DNA from: a virus
IMG/VR virus record: IMGVR_UViG_3300047369_000650
Coordinates: 113,536-177,535 of that record
DNA length: 64,000 nt
Direction: 5' to 3' (one strand)
Of the stretch, positions 9,664 to 19,347 are shown piece after piece; position 1 is the stretch's first letter, and every line of letters starts with the position of its first letter. The translations under genes and the position numbers were made by a program. The notes beneath the pieces are model-generated. The model worked only from the letters and a program-made list of their open reading frames with translations, did no database searches and was not told the origin of the DNA.

Positions 9664-10995
9664 ATGTCTAATACATATAAAAATCTCACAGAGAAATGGG
9701 CACCAGTGCTCAACGAAGAATCAGCAGGTAAAATCGATGATTCTTACAGAAAATCAGTAACAGCTGTAGTTCTTGAGAATCAAGAAAAAGCTCTTGCTGA
9801 GCAGCGTCAAGCAGAGCAAGGTTTCTTGTCAGAAAACGCTCCATCAAATAACACCGGTTCAGTAGGTAACTGGGATCCAATCCTTATCTCACTTGTACGT
9901 CGTGCAATGCCAAACATGATGGCTTATGATGTATGTGGTGTGCAGCCAATGACTGGACCAACAGGCTTGATCTTCGCAATGAAGTCACGCTATGGTGCAG
10001 GTGCAACAACCTCAACTGAAGCTCTATATAACGAAGCAAATACTGCTTGGGGCGGAGATTCAACAGGTGCTAACGGTTCAGCAGGTCCATCAGGTCTTTC
10101 TGGTGTAACTGATGCTGCAGCAGATGGTTCACTCGATAATGACCGTGTAGCTAACGGCTTTGCTGGTGGTATGCCATTAACAGATGGTGAAGCACTTGGT
10201 AATACATCATCTACTTTCAACGAAATGGGTTTCACCATTGAAAAAGCAACTGTGTCTGCAAAAACACGTGCGTTGAAAGCAGAGTATAGCCTAGAGCTAG
10301 CACAAGACTTGAAAGCAATTCATGGTCTTGATGCAGAATCAGAATTGGCAAATATCTTGTCAACAGAGATTCTTGCGGAAATCAACCGTGAAGTAATCCG
10401 TACAATTAACTCACAAGCTAAGACTGGTGCTGCTACAGCTCAAACCGCTCTTAATGGTGTGTTTGATCTTGCAAACGATGCTGATGGCCGTTGGTCAGTA
10501 GAGAAGTTTAAAGGTCTTATGGTACAAATCGAGCGTGAAGCAAATACAATTGCTAAAGAAACTCGTAGAGGCCGCGGTAACTTCATCATCACATCATCAG
10601 ACGTAGCATCATGCTTGTCTGCAACAGGTATGCTTGATTATGCTCCGGCATTAGCAACTAACCTAAATGTAGATGATACAGGTAATACTTTTGCTGGTGT
10701 TCTTAACGGACGCACAAAAGTATATATCGATCCATATGCAACAACCGATTATGTAACCGTAGGTTATAAAGGTACTAATGCATATGACGCCGGTGTATTC
10801 TATTGCCCATATGTACCACTAACTATGGTACGTGCCGTAGGTGAGAATGACTTCCAGCCAAAAATCGGGTTTAAAACTCGTTACGGCATGGTATCAAACC
10901 CATTCGTAGGTGCAAACCCAGCGAGCGGTCTTGCTGCAGCAAAAACCAATCAGTACTACAGAATCTTCCGTGTGGATAACATCCTTAACGCATAA
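9664..10995 (+). CDS. gp23: Major capsid protein gp23
   Basis: KWAPVL, DPILISLVRRAMPN, GVQPMTGPTGLIFAM, RALKAEYSLELAQDLKAIHGLDAE, FQPKIGFKTRYG. Confidence 0.98.
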   Translation: MSNTYKNLTEKWAPVLNEESAGKIDDSYRKSVTAVVLENQEKALAEQRQAEQGFLSENAPSNNTGSVGNWDPILISLVRRAMPNMMAYDVCGVQPMTGPTGLIFAMKSRYGAGATTSTEALYNEANTAWGGDSTGANGSAGPSGLSGVTDAAADGSLDNDRVANGFAGGMPLTDGEALGNTSSTFNEMGFTIEKATVSAKTRALKAEYSLELAQDLKAIHGLDAESELANILSTEILAEINREVIRTINSQAKTGAATAQTALNGVFDLANDADGRWSVEKFKGLMVQIEREANTIAKETRRGRGNFIITSSDVASCLSATGMLDYAPALATNLNVDDTGNTFAGVLNGRTKVYIDPYATTDYVTVGYKGTNAYDAGVFYCPYVPLTMVRAVGENDFQPKIGFKTRYGMVSNPFVGANPASGLAAAKTNQYYRIFRVDNILNA

Positions 10996-11004
10996 GATTT
11001 AAAT

Positions 11005-11062
11005 ATAAAAAAAGGGAGGGGTTCAACCCTCCCAACTAAGCTCCATTCGTGGGGCTTTTTTT
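11005..11062. terminator. Back-to-back intrinsic terminators
   Basis: A-tract plus GGGAGGG-GTTCAA-CCCTCCC (serves the minus strand), then AAGCTCCA-TTCG-TGGGGCTT plus T-tract (plus strand), between convergent gp23 and ORF 11412. Confidence 0.85.
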
Positions 11063-11412
11063 TATGCCATCTTATTAGACATTTTCTTTAACCATTGAAA
11101 CATGATTTTATCTGCCCACTCAGGATTTTTATTTTTTAAGATTTCAAGAGGAGCACCCTCAGGGCCTTCTTTTTTGCGGGCTTCTACATATTCTTCAATA
11201 GTAAAGCTTTTAATTAATTCTTTTAGAAATTTAGCCTTGGTGAAAGGACCGTTATACTTAAACCGAGCTATGAATAATTCCATTGGCATACCTACACGTG
11301 ATGGGTGACAGTTAGGAGCAACTTGATCCCAAGTGGGTTGACCTTCATAAGTACCAGTGTACTCAAGATAACCACCGTGAAAAGTAAATTTAGATTTATC
11401 AAACTTAGTCAT
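11062..11412 (-). CDS. Hypothetical early protein
   Basis: 116 aa with GGAG RBS, preceded by an early-promoter cassette copy. Confidence 0.8.
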   Translation of the reverse strand: MTKFDKSKFTFHGGYLEYTGTYEGQPTWDQVAPNCHPSRVGMPMELFIARFKYNGPFTKAKFLKELIKSFTIEEYVEARKKEGPEGAPLEILKNKNPEWADKIMFQWLKKMSNKMA

Positions 11413-11490
11413 ATCTTTCTCCGATTCTATTTACTCTTACAACATATACTAAAAAACATCACTTGTAAACCCCTAAAATGCACTTTTTTT
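11413..11490 (-). promoter_or_regulatory. Early promoter cassette copy A
   Basis: Reverse complement reads GTGCATTTTAGGGGTTTACA-N17-TATGTT-GTAAGAGTAAATAGAATCGGAGA. Confidence 0.85.
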
Positions 11491-11493
11491 CAA

Positions 11494-11501
11494 TATAAAT
11501 A
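11494..11501 (+). promoter_or_regulatory. T4-type late promoter
   Basis: TATAAATA upstream of gp3. Confidence 0.8.
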
Positions 11502-11525
11502 GATATAACTTCAACGGAGAGGCAT

Positions 11526-12023
11526 ATGGCAGACCTTACTGAAAATTTTAACTTTTTACAGGCTAGCAACTTTAAGGTTGTTATAGATAGAAAAAAGTAT
11601 GGTAATTTAGAATTTTTTGCTCAAAGAGTTATCCACCCTGGAGTAACAGTTACTGCACCTATAGTACCATTTAAACGTATTCAAAGTATTGCTGTTCCAG
11701 GAGATACAATCGGTGTTGATGATTTAGCATTTGATGTATTAGTAGATGAGAATATGACAAGCTATACTGAGGTTTATAATTGGTTAGAAAGTCTTGTAGT
11801 CACTCCGTCAAATAATAAAAATAAAATAATAGCAGATGACGAAAACGTTGTTGATATAACATTGTCTATACTAAGTAGTCATAATAATGTTGTTAAAAAA
11901 ATTAGATATATAGACTGTGTAGTAACAAACATAGGAACACTATTATTAGAAGCATCTGGTACCGAAACTCCAGTTATTACCTTTCCGGTAAACTTTAAAA
12001 TATCATACTTTGAATTAGTATAG
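11526..12023 (+). CDS. gp3: Tail tube terminator / tail completion protein gp3
   Basis: NFLQASNFK, FFAQRVIHPG, PGD.I..DDL.FDVLVDENM.SY.EVYNWL; position upstream of uvsY. Confidence 0.85.
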   Translation: MADLTENFNFLQASNFKVVIDRKKYGNLEFFAQRVIHPGVTVTAPIVPFKRIQSIAVPGDTIGVDDLAFDVLVDENMTSYTEVYNWLESLVVTPSNNKNKIIADDENVVDITLSILSSHNNVVKKIRYIDCVVTNIGTLLLEASGTETPVITFPVNFKISYFELV

Positions 12024-12051
12024 ATACTATTAATATTGAAATTTATTTATT

Positions 12052-12513
12052 ATGGAGATGCACTTGTTGAATCTTGAAGATATACTTAATGATTGGAAAA
12101 AAGACTGTATAATTGATGAAAGCCATTTGGATAAATCATCAATTGATATAGCAAAACTTCACGCAAAATATTTACAACTTCTTTCTATTTCTAAACTACA
12201 GCTAAAAAAGACTGAGTTAAAGCAGAAAATTTTACTCAAAGATAAGTGGTTATATTATAATGATAAAATGACCCAAGAGCAAATTGAAGAGAAAGGTTGG
12301 GAATACGATCCTTTTAACGGAATGAAAGTCATGAAAGGTGATATGAATCACTACTATGATTCCGATATAGATATTCAAAAGAGTGAAGAAAGAGTAACTT
12401 ATTATAAAACCTTAGTTGAAACACTACAAGAAATTGTAACCAATATTAATTGGAAACATCAGACTATAGGTAATATCATAAAATGGAAACAATTTGAAGC
12501 TGGTGGTTTTTAG
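12052..12513 (+). CDS. uvsY: Recombination mediator UvsY
   Basis: WKKDC.ID, LHAKYL, KWLYY, NINWKHQTIGNIIKW; adjacent to uvsW. Confidence 0.88.
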   Translation: MEMHLLNLEDILNDWKKDCIIDESHLDKSSIDIAKLHAKYLQLLSISKLQLKKTELKQKILLKDKWLYYNDKMTQEQIEEKGWEYDPFNGMKVMKGDMNHYYDSDIDIQKSEERVTYYKTLVETLQEIVTNINWKHQTIGNIIKWKQFEAGGF

Positions 12514-14021
12514 TGGATATAGTTAAAGTACAGAAGAAAGATCATGCTAATATGATTATTGGGTGCGATTGGGGTATTGCTCAAGAGCTATCTGATTATT
12601 TTTCTTTTTTTGTTCCTGGTTATAAATTTATGCCTCTATATAAAAATAAGGTATGGGATGGCAAGATAAGATTATTTAATGTGAATAACTGCGAGTTATC
12701 ATGTGGGCTTATATCTTATGTAAAAGATTTCTGTGAAAAAAGAAATTATCCGTTAGAATATGAAAAAAGTAAATACGGTTTACCCGAATCATATAATAAA
12801 ATAGATCCTAATAAGATTATGGAATTTATAAAAAGTCTTGATCTAAAAAGTAAAGGCGAACCTATATCCATAAGAGATTACCAATTTAATGCTATCTGTG
12901 AAGGTCTACAAAGAAAAAGATCCATACTATTATCGCCTACGGGTTCGGGTAAATCTTTAATTCTATATTGTTTGGCTAAGTATTGGCTTCAGATGCTTAC
13001 AGATGGATTTAATTATCCTAGAGCAGGTAAGGTTTTAATCATTGTTCCTACAACATCTTTAGTTGAACAAATGTATGGAGACTTTGCAGATTATGGACAA
13101 AATCCTACTGGTATGCATAAAATCTATTCAGGTAAAGATAAAGAATTTGATAGTGCTATCTGTATAAGCACATGGCAATCCATTTATAAAATGCCACCCG
13201 CTTGGTTTGATCAGTTTGGTATGATTTTAGGTGATGAGTGTCACGGTTTTAAATCCAAATCACTTACTAATATTATGAATAAATGTAAACTAGCAGAATA
13301 TCGCTATGGTACTACTGGCACACTTGATGGAACACAAACGCACCAATTGGTATTAGAGGGTCTTTTTGGAAAGGTAATGAAAGTTACTACGACTAGAACT
13401 TTACAAGATAATCAAACTCTTGCTGATTTAGAAATTCTTATGATTCAACTACAATATAGTGAAGAGATAAAAAAGCAAATGGTCGGTCTACAATATCAGG
13501 ATGAAATAGACTACATTGTAAAATATGAACAAAGAAATAAATTTATAAGAAATCTTGCTCTGGATCAAAAAGGTAATACTTTAGTTTTATTTCAGTTTGT
13601 GGAGAAGCACGGAAAGCCTCTTTTTGAGCTGATAAATAGTAAGGCTAAAGAAGGAAGAAAAGTATTTTTTGTAAGTGGTGCTACAGAAACATCTGATAGG
13701 GAAGCTATTAGAAAAATAACAGAGGGTCAGAAAGATGCTATCATCGTCGCTAGTCTTGGTACTTTTAGTACTGGTATTAACATACGGAACTTGCATAATA
13801 TCATATTTGCTTCTCCGTCAAAATCCCAGATCAAAGTTCTCCAGTCTATTGGGAGGGGATTACGGAAATCAGAGGATGGAACGACTACTAAACTCTATGA
13901 TATATCAGATGATTTCCAACACAAATCAAGAAAAAACTATGCACTCCTTCACAGCGAAGAAAGATTAAAGATTTATAAAAAAGAAAAGTTTAAATTTAAA
14001 TTTTACAAGGTTTCAATATGA
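12513..14021 (+). CDS. uvsW: DNA helicase UvsW (SF2)
   Basis: GTG start; PTGSGKS, GDECH, TTGT, FSTGINI and QSIGRGLR motifs. Confidence 0.96.
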   Translation: MDIVKVQKKDHANMIIGCDWGIAQELSDYFSFFVPGYKFMPLYKNKVWDGKIRLFNVNNCELSCGLISYVKDFCEKRNYPLEYEKSKYGLPESYNKIDPNKIMEFIKSLDLKSKGEPISIRDYQFNAICEGLQRKRSILLSPTGSGKSLILYCLAKYWLQMLTDGFNYPRAGKVLIIVPTTSLVEQMYGDFADYGQNPTGMHKIYSGKDKEFDSAICISTWQSIYKMPPAWFDQFGMILGDECHGFKSKSLTNIMNKCKLAEYRYGTTGTLDGTQTHQLVLEGLFGKVMKVTTTRTLQDNQTLADLEILMIQLQYSEEIKKQMVGLQYQDEIDYIVKYEQRNKFIRNLALDQKGNTLVLFQFVEKHGKPLFELINSKAKEGRKVFFVSGATETSDREAIRKITEGQKDAIIVASLGTFSTGINIRNLHNIIFASPSKSQIKVLQSIGRGLRKSEDGTTTKLYDISDDFQHKSRKNYALLHSEERLKIYKKEKFKFKFYKVSI

Positions 14022-14440
14022 TCGATATAAACAATGTTAAACAATTAAAAATAGCAGACGGTTCTGAAATTATTTGTGAAATAATGGAAGAGCTTGAAGA
14101 AGATATCGTTGTAAGAGGTGCTTTTAGAATAGCCAGAGTAGATTTGGATAACGAAAGAAGTTATTATATGTTTAAGCCATGGATGACTTATGTTGAAGAA
14201 TCAGATCATTTTATAACAATTAATCTATATCATCTAATAGCAGCTACTGTACCATCTAAAGATATTTTGGATCAGTATGAGAATGCTATAGAAAAAATCA
14301 GTGAAGCGGTATCAGAAAGAAATGATAGTCTTGATGAAATACCAGAAGAAGAAATAAAAGAAAAATTAAGTTTAACAAATGATTCAGAAGTTGATAATGT
14401 GCTTAAGTTTAATTTTATTGATAAAACTAAGCTTCATTAG
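14018..14440 (+). CDS. Hypothetical protein
   Basis: 140 aa coupled to uvsW; N-terminal LKIADGSEIICE beta-rich segment. Confidence 0.7.
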   Translation: MIDINNVKQLKIADGSEIICEIMEELEEDIVVRGAFRIARVDLDNERSYYMFKPWMTYVEESDHFITINLYHLIAATVPSKDILDQYENAIEKISEAVSERNDSLDEIPEEEIKEKLSLTNDSEVDNVLKFNFIDKTKLH

Positions 14441-14533
14441 TATTCCCTATCCTCAACTAACTACTCTTTTATTATATACTAGATTCGTGCAACTGTAAAC
14501 CAAAAAGTGATGCGATAACAATAAAAATAGTTG

Positions 14534-14562
14534 TTTACATCTATTGTTAATTAGTTTATAAT
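14534..14562 (+). promoter_or_regulatory. Sigma70-type promoter for gp55-gp47-gp46
   Basis: TTTACA-N17-TATAAT. Confidence 0.8.
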
Positions 14563-14585
14563 ATATATGTAAAAGGTTTATATTT

Positions 14586-15188
14586 ATGGCAAAAGCAAAA
14601 AAAACAAAAAACATACACTACATTAATAATTCAGAATTTTCATTGGCTATCGTGGAATATGTAAAAGAAGTTACAATAGCTAAAGAAACCGAAGAAAAAC
14701 TTCCAGTAGTACCTGACTATATTGCTCGTAGTTTTCTTCAGATAGCAGAAAATTTATCTCACAAGTCTAATTTTATTCGGTATACATATCGAGAAGAAAT
14801 GGTTATGGACGCGGTAGAAAATTGTCTGAAAGCTATAGAAAATTATAATATTAATGCTACAACTAGAACAGGTAAGCCAAATGCCTTCGCTTATTTTACT
14901 CAGATTATTTGGTACGCTTTCTTGCGTAGAATTACTAAAGAAAAGAAACAGCAAGAGATTAAAGAAAAATATTTAGCACAATCTGGGATTGATGCTTTTC
15001 TTGTTACAGAACTTGGTACTGATGATGCATCATCTCAAGTAGCTAACCACTTTATTGATACACTTAAAGATAGAATTGATAAAGTAAAAGCTTATGATAC
15101 AGAAATTAAAACTTTTTCAAAAGAAACAAAAAATAGAAAGAAAAGAGCCGTTAACGTAGATTCAGATCTATCTGACTTTTTGGAATAA
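14586..15188 (+). CDS. gp55: Late transcription sigma factor gp55
   Basis: HYINN.EF, IAENLSHKSNF..YTYREEMVMDAVENC, NAFAYFTQII.YAFLRRI.KEKKQ. Confidence 0.96.
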   Translation: MAKAKKTKNIHYINNSEFSLAIVEYVKEVTIAKETEEKLPVVPDYIARSFLQIAENLSHKSNFIRYTYREEMVMDAVENCLKAIENYNINATTRTGKPNAFAYFTQIIWYAFLRRITKEKKQQEIKEKYLAQSGIDAFLVTELGTDDASSQVANHFIDTLKDRIDKVKAYDTEIKTFSKETKNRKKRAVNVDSDLSDFLE

Positions 15189-15194
15189 TATATA

Positions 15195-16256
15195 ATGAAA
15201 ATAGCAGTATTGAATGATACTCACTGTGGTATCAGAAACAGCTCTGATGTGTTTTTAAATAACGCAGCAGATTTTTATGAAAACATCTTTTTCCCGTATT
15301 GTAAAGAACATGATATTAAGCAAATTATTCATCTTGGTGATTATTATGATAATCGTAAGTTTATTAATTTCAGAGCTTTAAATCACAACCGTAAACATTT
15401 TCTGTCACACCTTCGTGACTATGGGATGTCTATGGACATTATACCTGGTAACCATGATACCTACTATAAGAATACAAATGATTTAAATAGTCTAAAAGAA
15501 CTCTTAGGTCATTTTATGAACGAAATTAATATTATTATGGAACCTCGTGTTCTGGAATATGATTCTCTTAAGATAGCAATGTTACCTTGGATCACTCAAG
15601 AAAATCACGATAAGTCTATGGAGTTTATTAAGAACTGTAAAGCAGACTGGTTAGGTGGTCATCTTGAATTAAGTGGATTTGAGATGATGAGAGGCATAGA
15701 AAATAAACATGGTATGGATCATAAACTTTTCTCACGTTTTGAGAAAGTTTTATCTGGACATTTTCACACTAAATCAGTAAAAGATAATATTACATATCTA
15801 GGCACGCAGATGGAATTCTTTTGGTCTGATGCTCATGATAATAAACATTTCCACGTAATAGATACAGAGACTCGTGAAATGGAAGCGATTAGAAATCCAT
15901 ACACACTATATGAAAAGATTGTGTATGATGATTCCAGACAAAGTTATTCAGACTTTAATGTGGACCATTTAGATCATAAATTTGTAAAAATAGTTGTAAT
16001 TAATAAGTCTGACCTCTTTACATTTGATCGTTTAGTTGATAGAATACAGAATAGAAAGATTCATGAACTAAAGATTGCAGAAAACTTTAATGAGTTTATT
16101 GGAGAGAATGTCGAAGATGAAAGTATATCAATGGAAGATACTGAAATTCTATTAGATAGTTATGTTGATGCAGTTGACACGGATCTGGATAAAGATAAAA
16201 TAAAAGTAAATATGAGGAAACTTCTTACAGAAGCACAATCAATGGAAATAGTTTAG
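15195..16256 (+). CDS. gp47: Recombination endonuclease gp47 (Mre11/SbcD-like)
   Basis: DTHCG, HLGDYYD, GNHD, GHLEL and SGHFH metallophosphoesterase motifs. Confidence 0.95.
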   Translation: MKIAVLNDTHCGIRNSSDVFLNNAADFYENIFFPYCKEHDIKQIIHLGDYYDNRKFINFRALNHNRKHFLSHLRDYGMSMDIIPGNHDTYYKNTNDLNSLKELLGHFMNEINIIMEPRVLEYDSLKIAMLPWITQENHDKSMEFIKNCKADWLGGHLELSGFEMMRGIENKHGMDHKLFSRFEKVLSGHFHTKSVKDNITYLGTQMEFFWSDAHDNKHFHVIDTETREMEAIRNPYTLYEKIVYDDSRQSYSDFNVDHLDHKFVKIVVINKSDLFTFDRLVDRIQNRKIHELKIAENFNEFIGENVEDESISMEDTEILLDSYVDAVDTDLDKDKIKVNMRKLLTEAQSMEIV

Positions 16257-16372
16257 TGCCCAAACAAGAAAGAATACACTGCCTATCTAAGAAATGGGAA
16301 AAAGCTTATAAGAAAGCAGCCAAGAAAAAAGATAGACAGAAATCTAAGAAACAAATAAGGCAAAAAGAATGA
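16256..16372 (+). CDS. Small lysine-rich peptide (38 aa)
   Basis: GTG overlaps the gp47 stop (TAGTG) and TGA overlaps the gp46 ATG (ATGA); MPKQERIHCLSKKWEKAYKKAAKKKDRQKSKKQIRQKE. Confidence 0.55.
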   Translation: MPKQERIHCLSKKWEKAYKKAAKKKDRQKSKKQIRQKE

Positions 16373-18087
16373 TTATTTTTAAATCTATTCGATATAAAAA
16401 CTTTTTATCGACTGGTAATAATTGGACAACTATTAGTCTTAACAGAACAAAATCAACTCTTATAGTAGGTCAAAACGGTGCAGGAAAGTCAACTATTCTT
16501 GATGCACTTTCTTTTGCGCTATTTGGTAAGCCGCATCGTAATATTAATAAACCTCAGTTAGTTAATACTATTAATAATAAAGATAGTATTGTAGAGGTTG
16601 AATTTATTATAGGTAAAGCACTCTTCAAGGTTGTTCGTGGTATAAAGCCACAAATATTTGAAATATGGAAAAACGGCGTGATGATTAATCAATCTTCTCA
16701 TGCCAAAGAGTACCAGAAGGTCCTTGAGCAAAATATTATTAAGCTAAATCATAAAAGCTTTCATCAAATTGTTGTGCTAGGTTCTTCATCTTTTATTCCT
16801 TTTATGCAACTACCAGCACAGCATAGAAGAGATGTTATCGAGGATCTTCTGGACATTAATGTGTTTTCAAAGATGAATACTTTGATAAAAGAAAAGAATA
16901 GCACACTAAAAGAAAAGCTGAAAGATAATGCATATCAGCTTGACATTCTAAAGAATAAACTAGAGTCTCAAAGAAAATATATTAGAGATATTACACAGAT
17001 TAATGAGGATGAGATTAGTGATAAAAAGAAAAAAATCTCAGAGGTCGAAAGTGAAATCAAGCAATTACATAATAGTAATGCCGAATGTAGCGCTTTTAAT
17101 GAAGCAAATGCCGAAGAGGTATCAAAGCAACTCAAAGAAGCAAATAATAAAAAACAAATCATTTTACAAGATAAGGCCAGTGCCACATCAGAAATTAAAA
17201 CAATCGTTGGCGATTCTAAATTTTATGAACAGAATGACACCTGTCCGACCTGTTCACAAGAAATCGAACCAGATTTTAAAAAGAGGAAAATACACGAATG
17301 TAAGCAAAAAGCACTACAAACTAAAGAAACCCTTGAAAGAATACAATCGGAAGCTAATGATGTAGCAACTTTAATAGATGTGTGGAACAACAAAGCTGAA
17401 GAAGTTAAAGATAATAATAATTTAATTAATACCAATAATAAACTTATAAGCTCGCATCAAAAACATATCGATGGTTTAAATTTAGATATACAGAGACTTA
17501 GCTCCAGAGAAGGTGATATAGGAGAAGCTAACGAAGAACTTCATACTATGAATGAAGAAAGAAACGAGTTAATGGAGCACAAATTAACTCTTAATGAAGA
17601 ATATTCATATAATACTGTTATGGCTGAAATGTTAAAAGATACGGGTATTAAAACAAAAGTTATTAAACAATACATTCCCGTAATTAATAAATTAGTAAAT
17701 CAATATCTTCAAGTTCTTGATTTCTTTGTGCACTTTAATTTAGATGAAAGCTTTCAAGAAACTATTAGATCACGTCATAGAGATGCCTTCTCATATGATT
17801 CTTTCTCAGAAGGAGAGAAGCAAAGAATTGATCTGGCTCTATTGTTTACTTGGCGCATGATTGCTAAGATGAAAAATTCTGTAGCCACTAATTTACTCAT
17901 ATTAGATGAAACCTTTGATTCATCTTTGGATCATGACGGTGTTGATAATCTAATGAAAATTTTACATACTCTTGATGATAATACAAATGTGTTCGTAATC
18001 TCTCATAAAGGAGAAATACTTGATGGAAAATTTGAAGAAAAGCTGGAGTTTAAGAAAGAAAAAAACTTTAGTAAGATGGTGGCATAA
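16369..18087 (+). CDS. gp46: Recombination ATPase gp46 (Rad50/SbcC-like)
   Basis: GQNGAGKS Walker A, CPTC zinc hook, FSEGEKQRIDLA signature, LILDE Walker B. Confidence 0.96.
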   Translation: MIIFKSIRYKNFLSTGNNWTTISLNRTKSTLIVGQNGAGKSTILDALSFALFGKPHRNINKPQLVNTINNKDSIVEVEFIIGKALFKVVRGIKPQIFEIWKNGVMINQSSHAKEYQKVLEQNIIKLNHKSFHQIVVLGSSSFIPFMQLPAQHRRDVIEDLLDINVFSKMNTLIKEKNSTLKEKLKDNAYQLDILKNKLESQRKYIRDITQINEDEISDKKKKISEVESEIKQLHNSNAECSAFNEANAEEVSKQLKEANNKKQIILQDKASATSEIKTIVGDSKFYEQNDTCPTCSQEIEPDFKKRKIHECKQKALQTKETLERIQSEANDVATLIDVWNNKAEEVKDNNNLINTNNKLISSHQKHIDGLNLDIQRLSSREGDIGEANEELHTMNEERNELMEHKLTLNEEYSYNTVMAEMLKDTGIKTKVIKQYIPVINKLVNQYLQVLDFFVHFNLDESFQETIRSRHRDAFSYDSFSEGEKQRIDLALLFTWRMIAKMKNSVATNLLILDETFDSSLDHDGVDNLMKILHTLDDNTNVFVISHKGEILDGKFEEKLEFKKEKNFSKMVA

Positions 18088-19280
18088 TGCCTAATATCAA
18101 AATAACAACAGAACCTACAGGTAGAAGCCCAGAAAATAAATATTTCTTTGGCTCTAAAACAAAATATCTTGATCTTGATCGACCCAAGTATAATAAAATA
18201 GGTAATGAAGAAGATTATAAAGTAATGCATATGCGTATGGATCTAATGGATTATTCGCATAATCTTGTTTTTTATGCTGCTGGAATGTGCTTTCGTGTAG
18301 AGACTAATGATGATAGACACGCACAGTTTGTTCGTAATATGTTTCCAGTAGTAGATAATCCTTTACAATATACTGCTGATTGGACAATTATTCATAATAC
18401 TGAAATGGTGGTAGATAACCCATATATTTATGTCCATTTAGATGAATGTGTTATGTTAATTGGTGGTACTACATTTCTTGGTGAAATTAAAAAAGGCGTG
18501 TTTAGTATTATAAGTTTTGAATTACCAGTAAACGGTACTTTACCTATGCATTGTAGTGCTTTTACTTATGATAATACAACTAATCTAATGTTTGGATTAA
18601 GCGGTACAGGTAAGACCACATTAAGTAGTGATCCCGACTATAAATTAATTAGTGATGATGAAGTTTATTGGGCTCAAGATGGTATTCGCATGGTAGAAAC
18701 GGGTTGCTATGCTAAGAGTGAAGGCCTTAGCCCAGAGACACATCCTACAATCTTTTATGCAGTTGAAGATGCTAGAAATAAAGACTGTCTGGTAGTAGAA
18801 AATCCAGGTGTTCCAAATGCCAGATTAAGTTATCCAATCACTTCGGTTGAGAATGCATATCATGGAAATAAAAATTTTACTCATCCAGATAATATATTTT
18901 TCTTAACTATGGATGTAACTGGAAAGTTTCCAGCGGTAAGTAAAATTACAAACGGTACTATTAGGAGATTCTTTGAGACTGGTTATACAAGCCAGATGCC
19001 AGGAACTGAAGCCGGTACTAATGAAATTAAGAAAATATTTAGCCCCTGTTATGGTTCGCCGTTCATGCCTAGAAAGGTAAGTGAATATAGTGATCTTCTA
19101 ATGCAGAAGATACACGCAAATAACTGTAATGTATATTTAATAAACACTGGAATGGATAAATCTGGCAATAGACACGGTCTTGATTTTACTCGGCAGTGTG
19201 TAAAATCTGCTATAAAAACCGGAACTATAGCGGACGATAGTAAAGTTTGTTTAGAAATATTAGAAGAATTAATAAACTAA
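18087..19280 (+). CDS. pckA: Phosphoenolpyruvate carboxykinase (ATP), compact form
   Basis: TGRSP, GGT..LGEIKK, MHCSA, FGLSGTGKTTLS, SDDE, ETGCYAK, RLSYPI, FSPCYGSPF, YLINTG. Confidence 0.88.
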   Translation: MPNIKITTEPTGRSPENKYFFGSKTKYLDLDRPKYNKIGNEEDYKVMHMRMDLMDYSHNLVFYAAGMCFRVETNDDRHAQFVRNMFPVVDNPLQYTADWTIIHNTEMVVDNPYIYVHLDECVMLIGGTTFLGEIKKGVFSIISFELPVNGTLPMHCSAFTYDNTTNLMFGLSGTGKTTLSSDPDYKLISDDEVYWAQDGIRMVETGCYAKSEGLSPETHPTIFYAVEDARNKDCLVVENPGVPNARLSYPITSVENAYHGNKNFTHPDNIFFLTMDVTGKFPAVSKITNGTIRRFFETGYTSQMPGTEAGTNEIKKIFSPCYGSPFMPRKVSEYSDLLMQKIHANNCNVYLINTGMDKSGNRHGLDFTRQCVKSAIKTGTIADDSKVCLEILEELIN

Positions 19281-19284
19281 TATG

Positions 19285-19313
19285 TTTACAACATTAACAA
19301 TATATGATATAAT
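19285..19313 (+). promoter_or_regulatory. Sigma70-type promoter for gp45
   Basis: TTTACA-N17-TATAAT. Confidence 0.8.
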
Positions 19314-19347
19314 TAACTATATTTTATGAAACGGAGAAATAGATATA

